A stretch of 64,000 bases of DNA from a virus: IMG/VR virus record IMGVR_UViG_3300025892_002268, positions 1 through 64,000 of that record. One strand, 5' to 3'. Below the pieces are notes generated by a model. It was not told where the DNA came from. It searched no databases and saw nothing but the letters and a program-made list of their open reading frames with translations. The position numbers were made by a program, and so were the translations under genes. The first letter of the stretch is position 1; the number at the start of each line of letters is the position of its first letter. Below are positions 37,605-48,325 of this stretch, piece by piece.

Positions 37605-38410
37605 TGAATAAATTAAAACTGCCTGATGTAACACTAATAAGTATTTGTGGAACTCCAAAATATACTCCTATTAGCAAAGTTTCCTTGCATCATTGCCAAA
37701 AGTATGTAGAGTTTGGTGATGTTTTGTTATTTTCTAGTGAGGATGACGACGAATTTAAAACTGTCAAGACACCACTTATGGATTTCTGTATGTATAATAA
37801 ATTCTGTGTAGAAGAATTAAAAAATTATATCAAAACAGACTACTGCCTAATTGTTCAAGAAGATAGTTCTATCACTGATCCAAGTTTTTGGACTGATGAC
37901 TTCCTAAACTTTGATTACATCGGATCGCCTTGGCCCATGTATAATTTTAGAGTTGGCAATGGAGGATTTAGCTTGAGAAGTAAGAAATTTCTTGAAGAAT
38001 CATCTAAGATAAAGTATACTGGGGATGCTCATATTAAAGCTGGTTTTGATCAAAAACAGTTTTCGCAAGGACTGTCTACACCAGAAGACTTTTTCCTTTG
38101 TTACATAAAACAAGATGAGTTAGAGAGAAATGGTGTTAAATTTGCAGATCCTGTAACAGCATATCAGTTTGCTGTTGAGTATCAGGGGACAGGAGTGTTA
38201 GAGGGAGAAGAAGAGAAAGGTGAGTGGATAGTTAAGACTTTTAACCCAATGGAAGTAGAGACTTATAAGTCATTCGGCTTTCATGGACGGTTTAATGTTG
38301 GAGGCATGAAAGAGTTGCTAAAAACTAAAAAAGAGATCTACGGAATAGATGAGTTAACTAGTGTCCCATCCTTGTCGAAAGTAACAATGTCTATGAATAA
38401 GAAAGTATGA
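37604..38410 (+). CDS. DUF5672-like glycosyltransferase-related protein
   Basis: FDYIGSPW, VGNGGFSLRSKK, PED, FGFHG. Confidence 0.7.
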   Translation: MNKLKLPDVTLISICGTPKYTPISKVSLHHCQKYVEFGDVLLFSSEDDDEFKTVKTPLMDFCMYNKFCVEELKNYIKTDYCLIVQEDSSITDPSFWTDDFLNFDYIGSPWPMYNFRVGNGGFSLRSKKFLEESSKIKYTGDAHIKAGFDQKQFSQGLSTPEDFFLCYIKQDELERNGVKFADPVTAYQFAVEYQGTGVLEGEEEKGEWIVKTFNPMEVETYKSFGFHGRFNVGGMKELLKTKKEIYGIDELTSVPSLSKVTMSMNKKV

Positions 38411-39501
38411 AAATAATGGATTTAAATTTAATGTTCCCAATTAATCAGCTGGGATATGGCATAGCAGGAACAAACATATGTAAAGAGCTGACAAAAATAT
38501 GTCATGCTAGCCTTTCACCAATCGGTCCAATAGAGGTAGTATTACAGTCGGATGTAGAACCTTTAAAGAAAGCGTTGAGTAATTACCAAATGTTAAACTT
38601 TGATGCTCCGTGCGTCAAGATGTGGCATCAGAATGATATGGGATCTTTTGTGGGCAGAGGAAAGAGGATAGGTTTTCCATTCTTTGAAATGGATATTTTT
38701 AACGAGATAGAAAAACATCATCTTAACTCATTAGATGCTATATTTGTCTGTTCCGAATGGGCTAAGAACATATGTCTTAAAAATTTAAAACTTAATGAAA
38801 ATCAAATACATGTGATACCTCTTGGTGTAGACAGAAACTTATTCCCAACGGCTGAAAATAACACTAATAAGAATACAATATTCTTTAATTGTGGTAAGTG
38901 GGAGGTTAGGAAAGGACATGATGTACTTGTTGAGGTTTTTAATAAATCATTTAATGAAAATGACGACGTAGAATTGTGGCTTATGTGTAGCAATCCATTT
39001 CTTTCGCCAGAAGAATCAAATCATTGGGAATCTTTTTATAAACAATCCAATTTAGGTCATAAAATAAGAATACTTCCAAGAGCAAAGACTCAAGAAGAAG
39101 TGTATAATATTATGTCTCAAGTAGATTGCGGAGTCTTCCCCTCCAGAGCGGAGGGTTGGAACTTGGAACTTTTAGAATTAATGTCTTGCGGTAAAAATGT
39201 TATAGCAACAAATTATTCAGCCCACACAGAATTCTGCAACAGTGAAAACTGTTTCTTAATTGAGACTACAGAACAAGAAACAGCTTATGATGGAAAATGG
39301 TTTACTGGACAAGGAAACTGGGCAAAACTGTCGGAGACGGTAATTCAAGACTTGATAAACAATATGCAAAATGTTCATCAGTTAAAGCAGAATCAAGAGT
39401 TAAAGCCAAACCAGCAAGGCATCACAACAGCTGAAAAATTCTCTTGGGAGGAATCAGCTAGAAAGATACTCCACCATGTTCAACATATTCAAAAGAAATA
39501 A
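38407..39501 (+). CDS. glycosyltransferase family 4 (GT-B)
   Basis: RKG.D.L, PSRAEGWNLELLE, FSWE. Confidence 0.85.
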   Translation: MKIMDLNLMFPINQLGYGIAGTNICKELTKICHASLSPIGPIEVVLQSDVEPLKKALSNYQMLNFDAPCVKMWHQNDMGSFVGRGKRIGFPFFEMDIFNEIEKHHLNSLDAIFVCSEWAKNICLKNLKLNENQIHVIPLGVDRNLFPTAENNTNKNTIFFNCGKWEVRKGHDVLVEVFNKSFNENDDVELWLMCSNPFLSPEESNHWESFYKQSNLGHKIRILPRAKTQEEVYNIMSQVDCGVFPSRAEGWNLELLELMSCGKNVIATNYSAHTEFCNSENCFLIETTEQETAYDGKWFTGQGNWAKLSETVIQDLINNMQNVHQLKQNQELKPNQQGITTAEKFSWEESARKILHHVQHIQKK

Positions 39502-39847
39502 AGAAGAAACAGAAGTAGAACAAGAAAAAGAATTAGCAAGTGTTAAATTTTATATTACTAACGTTCAAGATCCACCACGGGTTTCAATAAATATAGATAG
39601 CTATGACAATGAGTGTATTAACTCTTTATGTTGTATAGTTTCTTTGTTGTCTGAAGAATACCTTACTGTAGAAACTATAAATATAATTAAACAATATATG
39701 ATAGAAAATGATAAATCTGATATTTTTTCATCAATTGCTTTAAAGCTGGGAGAAATGGAAGCGTTTAAAAAAGAGTTTAAATCCACACCTGAATCGTCAC
39801 ACATAACAGAACCTTGTATTAAACCATCTGACTTATCTAATTACTAA
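39476..39847 (+). CDS. hypothetical phage protein
   Basis: ORF in operon. Confidence 0.5.
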   Translation: MFNIFKRNKEETEVEQEKELASVKFYITNVQDPPRVSINIDSYDNECINSLCCIVSLLSEEYLTVETINIIKQYMIENDKSDIFSSIALKLGEMEAFKKEFKSTPESSHITEPCIKPSDLSNY

Positions 39848-39848
39848 T

Positions 39849-40274
39849 ATGAAAAACAAAATAGGTTGGCAAAAATACGAAGCGCTATTAGAAGAGCAGA
39901 TGTCTTCTACATTCATAACAGACTTATTGAAAAATTCAGTTGACGCTATGACAGAAGAAGACAATACTGAAGAAACGGCGTATCAAGACCAAGAAGAACA
40001 AATTGATGATAGTGATTCTATCATGATACCTATGAGTTCCAAACTTATAGAAGATGCTATGATGATTACCAATTTTGACTGTTGGTTGGGTCATACTAAT
40101 TTTGATATTACTCCTCATGTTAAAAGAATACTAGACAGTACACAAGGCGTTGAGCTATTACGTGTAATGAGTAGGTATCGTTTTTTCATAGGAGTTGGAA
40201 AGATGTTTGAATTTACAGAAGTGCGTAAGAATATTGAAGAACAATTAACTCAGGAGACTACGGATGAAAATTGA
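39849..40274 (+). CDS. hypothetical phage protein
   Basis: ORF in operon. Confidence 0.6.
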   Translation: MKNKIGWQKYEALLEEQMSSTFITDLLKNSVDAMTEEDNTEETAYQDQEEQIDDSDSIMIPMSSKLIEDAMMITNFDCWLGHTNFDITPHVKRILDSTQGVELLRVMSRYRFFIGVGKMFEFTEVRKNIEEQLTQETTDEN

Positions 40275-40749
40275 AAATTGCATAAATGTAAGAATTGAAT
40301 CAGCTATGAAGAATACGGACATAACCAAGATAATGCACAAAGCATCATCTAAATTTATTAGAAGTTTAGATCCAGACATTATTTATACATGTGAAATAAA
40401 TGCTTTATGGAAATCTTTATTAAATTTTAAGCCTGAAAAAAACACTAAGTTTACAACGTATTTATACAAAGGTGTAATTATAGAGTGCCTAAAAGCTCTT
40501 AAGTTTGAAAAAAAGAGTAATTTATGTAGCAAATCTTTGCATGAAAACATAGCTTTGGCAGATACTGAAGATAGCTTTATGTTTGAAATTTTAGATGAAT
40601 TAGAAACAGAGGAAGAACAAGAATTGATTATAGATAAGTATAAAAACCTTACTATACAAGAAATGTCTTCCAAAAGAGCTTATAGTCGTGAAACGGTTAG
40701 AAAAAAGCTAAAAAAAATATATAGCAAGTTGAGCGAAAATCTTGATTAG
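40264..40749 (+). CDS. phage sigma-factor-like protein
   Basis: region-2-like ALWK..F.PEKNTKFTTYL; region-4 HTH LTIQEMS..YSRETVR. Confidence 0.7.
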   Translation: MKIENCINVRIESAMKNTDITKIMHKASSKFIRSLDPDIIYTCEINALWKSLLNFKPEKNTKFTTYLYKGVIIECLKALKFEKKSNLCSKSLHENIALADTEDSFMFEILDELETEEEQELIIDKYKNLTIQEMSSKRAYSRETVRKKLKKIYSKLSENLD

Positions 40750-40822
40750 TGTATAGATATGTAGGAATAGGACACTAATTTAGGAATTTGACGTAATATC
40801 ATTTTTTAATATTGGAGATATT

Positions 40823-41470
40823 ATGGCTACAACAACAGCCCAAGGTAGTGGTTCAACCGTTAATGATGGTGGAACTGTAGTAAATGGTGGCAATATTGCT
40901 TCTGACGGTCCAATGACTAACAACAGAAGTCTTGTAGAACTTGCCGATGGTGGGACAGATTATGGTTCTAAGGTCGTACAAAAAAACGTTCCTAGTTCTA
41001 ATGACTTCTCTGGAGTTATTGGAGCAAAAGGCGTTGGCGTTGGAACCTTAGCCTTTGCGCCAAATGCCCAAGAGGGAGAAAGAAATTTCTTAATCAGAGG
41101 CGCTGGCACAGCTGAAGGTAATAATGAAATAAATAACTCTTCCAGCGATCTGCTGGTCCTCCCTGCTTCTGAAGTTGCTTTAAGACAGGTTAATCCAATC
41201 CACTTAACGATTGCTACTCGTCAACTTGGCGAGGATGATGCTACGTTTGATGTATTGGCAAGACCTTCAACTGCAATGGTTCCGGGGAGATCTAAGGGTA
41301 CAGACGCTGGATCTGTTTCAACGTTTGTCAATCCTGCTGATGGTACTGCCGCCGTTGCGACAGAAATTCTACCAAGTAGAGCAGTTCCGGGCGAGCTTAC
41401 TTACCACTTTGGTTCGTTATCCGCTCCTACGACTGACGAATATAAAGCAAGAGATAGTTACGAAGTATAA
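40823..41470 (+). CDS. putative virion structural protein
   Basis: Gly/Thr/Ala-rich; preceded by GTGTATA motif, followed by terminator. Confidence 0.5.
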   Translation: MATTTAQGSGSTVNDGGTVVNGGNIASDGPMTNNRSLVELADGGTDYGSKVVQKNVPSSNDFSGVIGAKGVGVGTLAFAPNAQEGERNFLIRGAGTAEGNNEINNSSSDLLVLPASEVALRQVNPIHLTIATRQLGEDDATFDVLARPSTAMVPGRSKGTDAGSVSTFVNPADGTAAVATEILPSRAVPGELTYHFGSLSAPTTDEYKARDSYEV

Positions 41471-41490
41471 TTTATATTATTATGAGTAAC

Positions 41491-41524
41491 GGGATAGCAC
41501 CCTTCGGGGTGCTTCCCATTTTTC
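41491..41524 (+). terminator. intrinsic terminator
   Basis: GGGATAGCACCC-TTCG-GGGTGCTTCCC + T run. Confidence 0.88.
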
Positions 41525-41549
41525 TTTTTAACTACTTGGAGAAGCAGCA

Positions 41550-42143
41550 GTGAATGAAATTACCCCAGAAATTATAGCACTTATATGTGGTGGAATTAGC
41601 GGTATAACTGGGATTATTACAATTATATGGAAGAAATTTTTGAAACCAATAGTAAAACTATGTAAAAATCAAGATTTCTTTATAGAATCTGTAGAAGAAA
41701 TTAAAAAAGAATTATCTACAAATGGTGGAAGTAGCCTTAAAGATGCTATTATAGATATGAAGGATACTGTCCATAGAATAGACAGAAGGCAGAAAATAAT
41801 AGAACAAAGAACCAAAGCAGCATTACATTACAGCAACGAGGCGTTATTTGAAACAGATATAGCTGGCAGATTAGTCTGGAGTAATGCTCATTTTTGTAGA
41901 TATGTAAGAGATAATCCAAATGATGTATCGGGATTTGATTGGTTGGCTACAATCAAAGAAGATGAAAGAGATGAATTATTAAAAGAATTTCTATCATGCA
42001 TAAAAATGAATAGAAAATTTAGTAAAGTTACACAAACACAAGATGGTAAAGAAATACGGATGTTGGGTTATCCTTATAAGATAACAGATGTAGAGCATGG
42101 TGGCTTTTTAGTTAGTATTATACCTAAAGAAGAAGAGGCTTAA
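41550..42143 (+). CDS. membrane-anchored PAS-domain protein
   Basis: N-terminal TM, NGGSSLKD coiled region, ETD.AGRLVWSN..F..G.DWL..I..D.R PAS-like. Confidence 0.6.
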   Translation: MNEITPEIIALICGGISGITGIITIIWKKFLKPIVKLCKNQDFFIESVEEIKKELSTNGGSSLKDAIIDMKDTVHRIDRRQKIIEQRTKAALHYSNEALFETDIAGRLVWSNAHFCRYVRDNPNDVSGFDWLATIKEDERDELLKEFLSCIKMNRKFSKVTQTQDGKEIRMLGYPYKITDVEHGGFLVSIIPKEEEA

Positions 42144-42144
42144 A

Positions 42145-42363
42145 ATGGCAGATAAAAATTCAGCAGCATTTACTTTAAATGTAACAGACTTAATAGATAT
42201 TGCTAAAAATACAGCATTAGTAGCACTAGCTGCTGGCTTAACGTATTTTGGTGAAAATATGGCAGACTTAGATCTGGGAAATATTGGAGTTATGCTTGTT
42301 CCAATTGCCGCAGTAGTAATTAATACTATGGTTAAGTGGGCAAAAAATAACGTACCGGAGTAA
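42145..42363 (+). CDS. small two-TM protein (holin-like)
   Basis: 72 aa, two hydrophobic segments. Confidence 0.45.
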   Translation: MADKNSAAFTLNVTDLIDIAKNTALVALAAGLTYFGENMADLDLGNIGVMLVPIAAVVINTMVKWAKNNVPE

Positions 42364-42367
42364 AAAT

Positions 42368-43288
42368 ATGTTTAATAAACCAAAAGACTTACTTAAAGCT
42401 TACAAGGATGGCTTTGTAGGTTCATGGTGTGATCCCGAAGATACAGATAAACTATTAGGAGAACTGCCACATCCACTGTTTGGTGTGGCAGCTCCTGATT
42501 TATATGGAACTGGCAAAGGTAAAGTTGCATTATTATACAAGTCTGTACAAAAGTTTGATCCCACGTTTGGAGCGCACGAGCGGCAAACCACAGGCGATTG
42601 TGTTTCACATTCTACAAGGAATTGTGTAGACGTTACACGATCTCATGAAATTATTGGTGGTGACAAAGAAGATTTTGTTACCCGCAGTGCTACTGAAGCA
42701 ATTTATGGATCTAGAGGTCATGGCGGTCAAGGAATGGCTTGCTCAAAAGCTGCTAGGTTTACAAATAAAGATGGTGGCATTTTGCTAAGGAAGGATTACG
42801 GCTTTGTTGATTTATCTAAATATAATAGTAGAACGGGAACAAGTTGGGGCAGGTCTGGAGTACCATTAGAAGTCAGAAAAGAAGGCCAAAAACATCAAGT
42901 GACAACTGTATCTCTTATAAACACCGTGGATCAGGCAAGAGACGCATTAGCTAATGGGTATGCTATAAGTGTCTGTAGTAATTATGGATTTTCTTCACGC
43001 CGTAGTCAACATGGTATAGCAAAAAAAAGCGGGTCATGGAATCACGCAATGTGCTGGTGTGCTATGGACGATTCTCACGAAGTATATAATGAAACTTTAT
43101 TTTTAATTCAAAATTCTTGGGGTACTTTTAATGGTGGCCCCAAGAGGTTTGAACAACCAGACGGTAGCTTTTGGATTAGAGAAAGAGATGCTGCTGGAAT
43201 GTTGAGGCAAAACGGAGCTTGGGTATTTAGTGATGTAGATGGGTTTCCACCAAGAAAGGTCGATTGGACCATAAACGAGGTATTTTAA
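42368..43288 (+). CDS. papain-like (C1) cysteine peptidase
   Basis: QTTGDCVS, WNHAM, IQNSWG. Confidence 0.78.
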   Translation: MFNKPKDLLKAYKDGFVGSWCDPEDTDKLLGELPHPLFGVAAPDLYGTGKGKVALLYKSVQKFDPTFGAHERQTTGDCVSHSTRNCVDVTRSHEIIGGDKEDFVTRSATEAIYGSRGHGGQGMACSKAARFTNKDGGILLRKDYGFVDLSKYNSRTGTSWGRSGVPLEVRKEGQKHQVTTVSLINTVDQARDALANGYAISVCSNYGFSSRRSQHGIAKKSGSWNHAMCWCAMDDSHEVYNETLFLIQNSWGTFNGGPKRFEQPDGSFWIRERDAAGMLRQNGAWVFSDVDGFPPRKVDWTINEVF

Positions 43289-46200
43289 TGGCATCTTTAT
43301 TCAAGAATCTACAGATACGAAGAGGAACGGCAGCAGACTTTAAAGCAACAGATCCAATATTAAAAGCTGGAGAACCAGCTATATCTTTAGATACTGGTGA
43401 ATTAAAGATAGGCGATGGAATATCTAAATGGTCTGATTTAGCCTATTTTTCAAGCGTATTAGTAAAAACAGCCATAGTCAACATACCTTCTATACAAGCT
43501 AATACTTCTCACACTCTAAAAATACCGATAGATAGTATTTCTCTGGATCATGAATATGCTATTGTTACTGCTCCAGATTCTATCCTTCCTGACTATATTG
43601 ATATTAGATATTCTTACGCATCTGATACAGACGAAGTATCTGTAGTATTAACTAATATTGATAATTCTGTAGTTGATGGAAATGCTAACGGTAATGCTTC
43701 AGTAGCTACTAATAATGTTAAATTACATATTCTATGCTATATAACTGACGTTGTTACTGTAACTACTACCACAACAACAACTCCAGACCCAATTGTGGAT
43801 GATGTATTCTCATTTGGATATAATGAATTTGGTCAATTGGGCTTAAAAGATAAGGCAAATAGGAATATCCCAACATTCATATACGATAATAATACTAAGT
43901 GGACACAGTTTGCCGCTGGAAATTATCACACTCTCGCTATAGACTCTGAAAACAACATACACAGCGTTGGCTATAATTATTATGGTCAACTTGGATTAGG
44001 AAACAGTGGAGGCGGGACAAATAGACTCTCATTAGAAAAGGTGAGCAAGTCTTACTTTAAAGATGGTAGTGTATACTCCAACAATCCTCAGTGGAGATAT
44101 ATATCGGCGGGTTCGTATCACTCTCTAGCAGTCGATGTTAGTGGTAATTTATTCACATGTGGAGATGGTTCATATGGAGCTTTGGGACTAGGCCATCAAG
44201 TTGGTGTTAATGAATTTACACTAGTTGGACAGCAATACTATTTTATAGATCTGGATAGACTTACAGAAAATAGTACAGATGGATCTTGTTTTACACTTAA
44301 TGAAATCTCAGATCCTAAATATAAATTTGTAGCTAATGGCGATGGAGAATACATAATATCTGGTATTCCAATAAGTAATCCTGTCACTGTAACAATTCCG
44401 TATACTAACGGGGTAAGGGGCGGTGGTTTAGATGGCAAATGGTTCAAGGGTGATGATCAATTACTTGCTTACAGTGGAGAAAATCTAGAGACTACTGTAG
44501 GAACTAAACATTATTTTTCAGGGAACATATCTATAGATGTCTCTGGTGATTATGGAGCCATATCGCTTCATTCGCTAAATGATAATATGTGTAACTACAA
44601 TGAAATCATACACTTTCAAAGTCCTAATGCTAGCTGGGAAGATATATCAGCTGGGAATCACCATTCTTTAGGTGTAAAGAACTCTGGACTGTATGCTTGG
44701 GGACATAATAGCTATGGTCAGGTTGGAACTGGTAATCATGAAGATGTCCTTATTCCAACCTTAGTAGGTGGAAGTAAATATTATTCACAAGTTGCCGCCG
44801 GTAAAAATCACTCTTTAGCTTTAGACTCAGACGGTACAGTTCATAGCTTTGGCAATAATCTTTATGGACAATTAGGTATAGGTAATGCTTCTCACAAGGA
44901 TACTCCAACTCCAATTCTTTTTGATTTTTCACAGATAAGTGATAGCAATTTCACCAACCTTCCTACAGATGCTAATTGGAATAATGGTGATGGAATATAT
45001 TTTACACCTCCACTGGCTACTGAAACTTCTTACAATCCTATAGAAAGATATGTCTTAGAAGAAGGTACATACATTATTAGAAATGTTCCTTCTACGCATC
45101 CTATAGCTATTTTAAACGGAGGTGTAGAAGATAAGATAACATATAGTGGAGATAATAATGCTGGATGTTTATCAGTAAATCAAACTACTTCTGATGGTAA
45201 ATATAATTTTTACTGGGGTGATGTTTATATTACTGTAACAGGAGATTTTGAAAAGGTCAGTATTTACTGCGCCAATCATGGATATATGGGTGGCAAAAAC
45301 TTATTCTTTTACGCAACTCCTTCTTATAATCCTGAAAATATATCTGCTGGTACAAATCATACGGTAATAAGAACTGATACAGATCAAGTTTTAACTTTTG
45401 GTCGTAATAATTATGGTCAATTAGGAACTGGAGATAATCAAGACAGAAATGTTCCCTTTAGAGTTAGTGAAGATAATATTAAATATATAGACGCTGGTGG
45501 AGACCATACGCTTTTTGTTGATTCAAGTAAATACATATGGTCTTTTGGAGACAATCAACATGGAGAGTTGGGATTAGCAGATAATATAGCTAGATCTACA
45601 CCTGAAAGATTGAACAACTCTATCAGGTGGAAAAATGTATATGCTGGAGGCAGCCATTCCTTTGCTACCGTTTTTGCTTTTTATCCCAATGTTCCTTCTA
45701 ATTTTAAAGTCCAAAATGCAGACGACAGTAACCTAGTAGGCAATAGGCAGTTAATGTTAAGCTGGAATCACGTTACGGCGTATGATGAAGCGATTACTCA
45801 CTACGTAATAGAATACTCAGCAGATAATGGAAATAGTTGGGTAGTCTATGACAATGAGGCTTTAGCTTATAAGTTCTACACTGATAGTTTCTTAGGAGCT
45901 ACCAGAGAAGATACACAAAGTACAACATTTAGCTACATAATTGACAGTCTAGACAATACATACAATTATCTAGTAAGAATCGCTGGCGTAAATGCTACTG
46001 GTACTGGTCAATACATAACAAGTAGCCAGCCAGTTTCTCCAAAGGAAGCAGTAGATTTAGATTTTGCTAATGTACTTCTCTATTCCCACTTGGACAATGG
46101 CAATATTGCAGATATATCAAATTACACTTGGCCTCATACCGCTTACTTTAATACGAATGCTACCAGATACCTCGATGGTAACTTTGGAGAAGCTTTGAGA

Positions 46201-46737
46201 TTATATGAGTATGACGGAATAAAATATGATGCTAATCTACACTTAGACGGAGAATTTACTATTGAATTCTTTATTAATCCAAGAAATTACGCAGCTGACA
46301 CTAGCTCAAGCCGTTCCAATCCTATCATAACACTTAAAAAGAATAGCGAAGAATTTTTGAGGATGGCTTATAACGGTTCAGACGCATCTACCTATACATT
46401 TTCACTTTATAAACAGGATGAAACAACTAGCCTAGCAAGCGTTCCTTTGACAGAAATTAATCAGCAAAAGGTGGAAGGATTTGCACATATAGCAATAACA
46501 AGAACTAGCGGCGCTCCAGATAATCCATCTAGCGTAGAAGTTGTAAGATTGTTTTACAATGGATTACTAATTGATAGTGGTAGAGATGTAACAGAGTATG
46601 ATATTAATAATATACTTCTTGGATCTGGTATGAATAGTTTTTATGACTTTGACATAGATGAATTCAGAATTACTAGCGGCGTTAGGTACGATCACGAACA
46701 AAGCTTTAATCCCACTACTAAACCATTTGGAATTTAA
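43288..46737 (+). CDS. tail fibre/receptor-binding protein with RCC1 repeats, FN3 and LamG-like domains
   Basis: QIRRGTAA..P.L..GE..DTG.LKIGDG N-terminus; repeated AG..HSL..G.N.YGQLG; FN3 W..Y.IEYS..Y.VRIAG.N..GTG; IDEFRIT.GVRY. Confidence 0.82.
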   Translation: MASLFKNLQIRRGTAADFKATDPILKAGEPAISLDTGELKIGDGISKWSDLAYFSSVLVKTAIVNIPSIQANTSHTLKIPIDSISLDHEYAIVTAPDSILPDYIDIRYSYASDTDEVSVVLTNIDNSVVDGNANGNASVATNNVKLHILCYITDVVTVTTTTTTTPDPIVDDVFSFGYNEFGQLGLKDKANRNIPTFIYDNNTKWTQFAAGNYHTLAIDSENNIHSVGYNYYGQLGLGNSGGGTNRLSLEKVSKSYFKDGSVYSNNPQWRYISAGSYHSLAVDVSGNLFTCGDGSYGALGLGHQVGVNEFTLVGQQYYFIDLDRLTENSTDGSCFTLNEISDPKYKFVANGDGEYIISGIPISNPVTVTIPYTNGVRGGGLDGKWFKGDDQLLAYSGENLETTVGTKHYFSGNISIDVSGDYGAISLHSLNDNMCNYNEIIHFQSPNASWEDISAGNHHSLGVKNSGLYAWGHNSYGQVGTGNHEDVLIPTLVGGSKYYSQVAAGKNHSLALDSDGTVHSFGNNLYGQLGIGNASHKDTPTPILFDFSQISDSNFTNLPTDANWNNGDGIYFTPPLATETSYNPIERYVLEEGTYIIRNVPSTHPIAILNGGVEDKITYSGDNNAGCLSVNQTTSDGKYNFYWGDVYITVTGDFEKVSIYCANHGYMGGKNLFFYATPSYNPENISAGTNHTVIRTDTDQVLTFGRNNYGQLGTGDNQDRNVPFRVSEDNIKYIDAGGDHTLFVDSSKYIWSFGDNQHGELGLADNIARSTPERLNNSIRWKNVYAGGSHSFATVFAFYPNVPSNFKVQNADDSNLVGNRQLMLSWNHVTAYDEAITHYVIEYSADNGNSWVVYDNEALAYKFYTDSFLGATREDTQSTTFSYIIDSLDNTYNYLVRIAGVNATGTGQYITSSQPVSPKEAVDLDFANVLLYSHLDNGNIADISNYTWPHTAYFNTNATRYLDGNFGEALRLYEYDGIKYDANLHLDGEFTIEFFINPRNYAADTSSSRSNPIITLKKNSEEFLRMAYNGSDASTYTFSLYKQDETTSLASVPLTEINQQKVEGFAHIAITRTSGAPDNPSSVEVVRLFYNGLLIDSGRDVTEYDINNILLGSGMNSFYDFDIDEFRITSGVRYDHEQSFNPTTKPFGI

Positions 46738-46739
46738 CC

Positions 46740-47543
46740 ATGAGTGAAAATAAAAGTGCTAGCCATATAAAATTTAAAAGAGATACAGAAACAAATCTTG
46801 CTAGCTATATAACAACCGTGGGAGAGCCAGTATTATCAACTGATACTAAATTAGTTAGAATTGGTGATGGTGGATCTCATTCAATTATTAGTCCTTTAGC
46901 AGATCGTGCATATACTGACGATCAAGACGCTATAACATTAGCTTCAGCCAAGACTTATACTGATACAGAAATTGGTTCTTTAATTGACGGCGCTCCCGAT
47001 GCTCTGAATACTTTAAATGAAATTGCATCAGCTTTAGATGATAATCCAAACATTTTAGACATTGTTGAAAAAGTCATAAGCGTCGGAGAAATTAGCAATG
47101 TCTCTGGAACAAAGAATGATTGGGATTTAGAATCTGTAGATACTAATTTCATTAAAATCAATCCTAATGGAGCATTGACAATTACGGGAATATCTTCTGC
47201 ATATACTCATAAAAAATTTACGATTGCAAACTCATCATCGTCTTATAGCATTACACTTGTTCCACAGGCCACAGCTAGTCAAGGTGAAAATCAATTAAGG
47301 TTCTTAGAAGGAATTGGAGCTGTTCTAGATCCTACAGAGCAAGCAGATTTTATATATGACAGCACTAATGAAGAATGGATAGTCATTAAAAGTGGCGTAA
47401 ACTCTAACGTTAGGCCTGTCATAAATGCTGGTGAAACAGAAGTAAGTGGCGTGTATAATATGGTAATCATTAGTAGTGCAGCATATACTAACTTACAAAG
47501 TAGCAACAATACAGATCCAAATACAATATACTTCGTTCCATAA
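46740..47543 (+). CDS. tail fibre-related protein
   Basis: GEPVLSTDTK..IGDG, APDALNTLNEIASAL motifs. Confidence 0.72.
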   Translation: MSENKSASHIKFKRDTETNLASYITTVGEPVLSTDTKLVRIGDGGSHSIISPLADRAYTDDQDAITLASAKTYTDTEIGSLIDGAPDALNTLNEIASALDDNPNILDIVEKVISVGEISNVSGTKNDWDLESVDTNFIKINPNGALTITGISSAYTHKKFTIANSSSSYSITLVPQATASQGENQLRFLEGIGAVLDPTEQADFIYDSTNEEWIVIKSGVNSNVRPVINAGETEVSGVYNMVIISSAAYTNLQSSNNTDPNTIYFVP

Positions 47544-47553
47544 GGGGTAAATA

Positions 47554-48318
47554 ATGCCAGATTATAGCAAAACAAGAATTCAATTACGTAGAGGAACAGC
47601 TGCTGAATTAGCTGCTGCTAATCCAGTTTTAGGACAAGGTGAACCCGCATTTGCTACAGATACAAACAATCTAAAAATTGGTGACGGTTCAACAGCATAC
47701 TCCAGCCTCAGCGCGATCTCTGGTGGTGGTGGCGGTGGTGGATCTGAAGTAAACGATTTAACGGCAAGTGTAACTTGGGCCAATGTGCCAGATGCTAACA
47801 TTACCGAGAGTTCGGTTGTTCAACATTCTGGAGCTTTACAAGTCACCGAATCGCAAGTAGTAGACTTGGGGTCATATATCACAACAGAAACAGACCCTGT
47901 TTTTATCGCACATACTGTTAATAGCATTACGGATGGGACCGGCTTGTTACAAAATGATGGAGCGGGCAATTGGAGTTACGATAACTCGACATATTTAACC
48001 TCAGTGACAAACATAGATACAACTAATTTTAATGCAACAGCAATCGTTACAGAGACTGAAGGTATTAGTAGCAACGATAATGATACTACTCTACCTACAT
48101 CGGCGGCTGTAAAAGATTATGTAGATAATAACGCTGGTACTACCTATACGGCTGGCGATGGATTGACTCTTACTGGCACAGAATTTAGTGCAGATTTATT
48201 AAGCGACACTTCCGCTGTTGCTAATTCTGTGCAAATTACAAACATCGTAGCTATTAGTCAGAATAATTATAATTCCTTGGGTAGCTATGACGCTAATACT
48301 CTTTATTACATAACATAG
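47554..48318 (+). CDS. tail fibre-related protein
   Basis: IQLRRGTAAE..NPVL.QGE..TDTN.LKIGDG; YTAGDGLTLTGTEFS. Confidence 0.75.
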   Translation: MPDYSKTRIQLRRGTAAELAAANPVLGQGEPAFATDTNNLKIGDGSTAYSSLSAISGGGGGGGSEVNDLTASVTWANVPDANITESSVVQHSGALQVTESQVVDLGSYITTETDPVFIAHTVNSITDGTGLLQNDGAGNWSYDNSTYLTSVTNIDTTNFNATAIVTETEGISSNDNDTTLPTSAAVKDYVDNNAGTTYTAGDGLTLTGTEFSADLLSDTSAVANSVQITNIVAISQNNYNSLGSYDANTLYYIT

Positions 48319-48325
48319 GCTTATT

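Noticed and set aside
40779-40816. Possible eighth TTTA unit (TTTAGG-AAT-TTG / TTTAAT-ATT-GGA)
   Set aside because: Core is complementary but inner and outer stems are absent; likely chance in AT-rich DNA.
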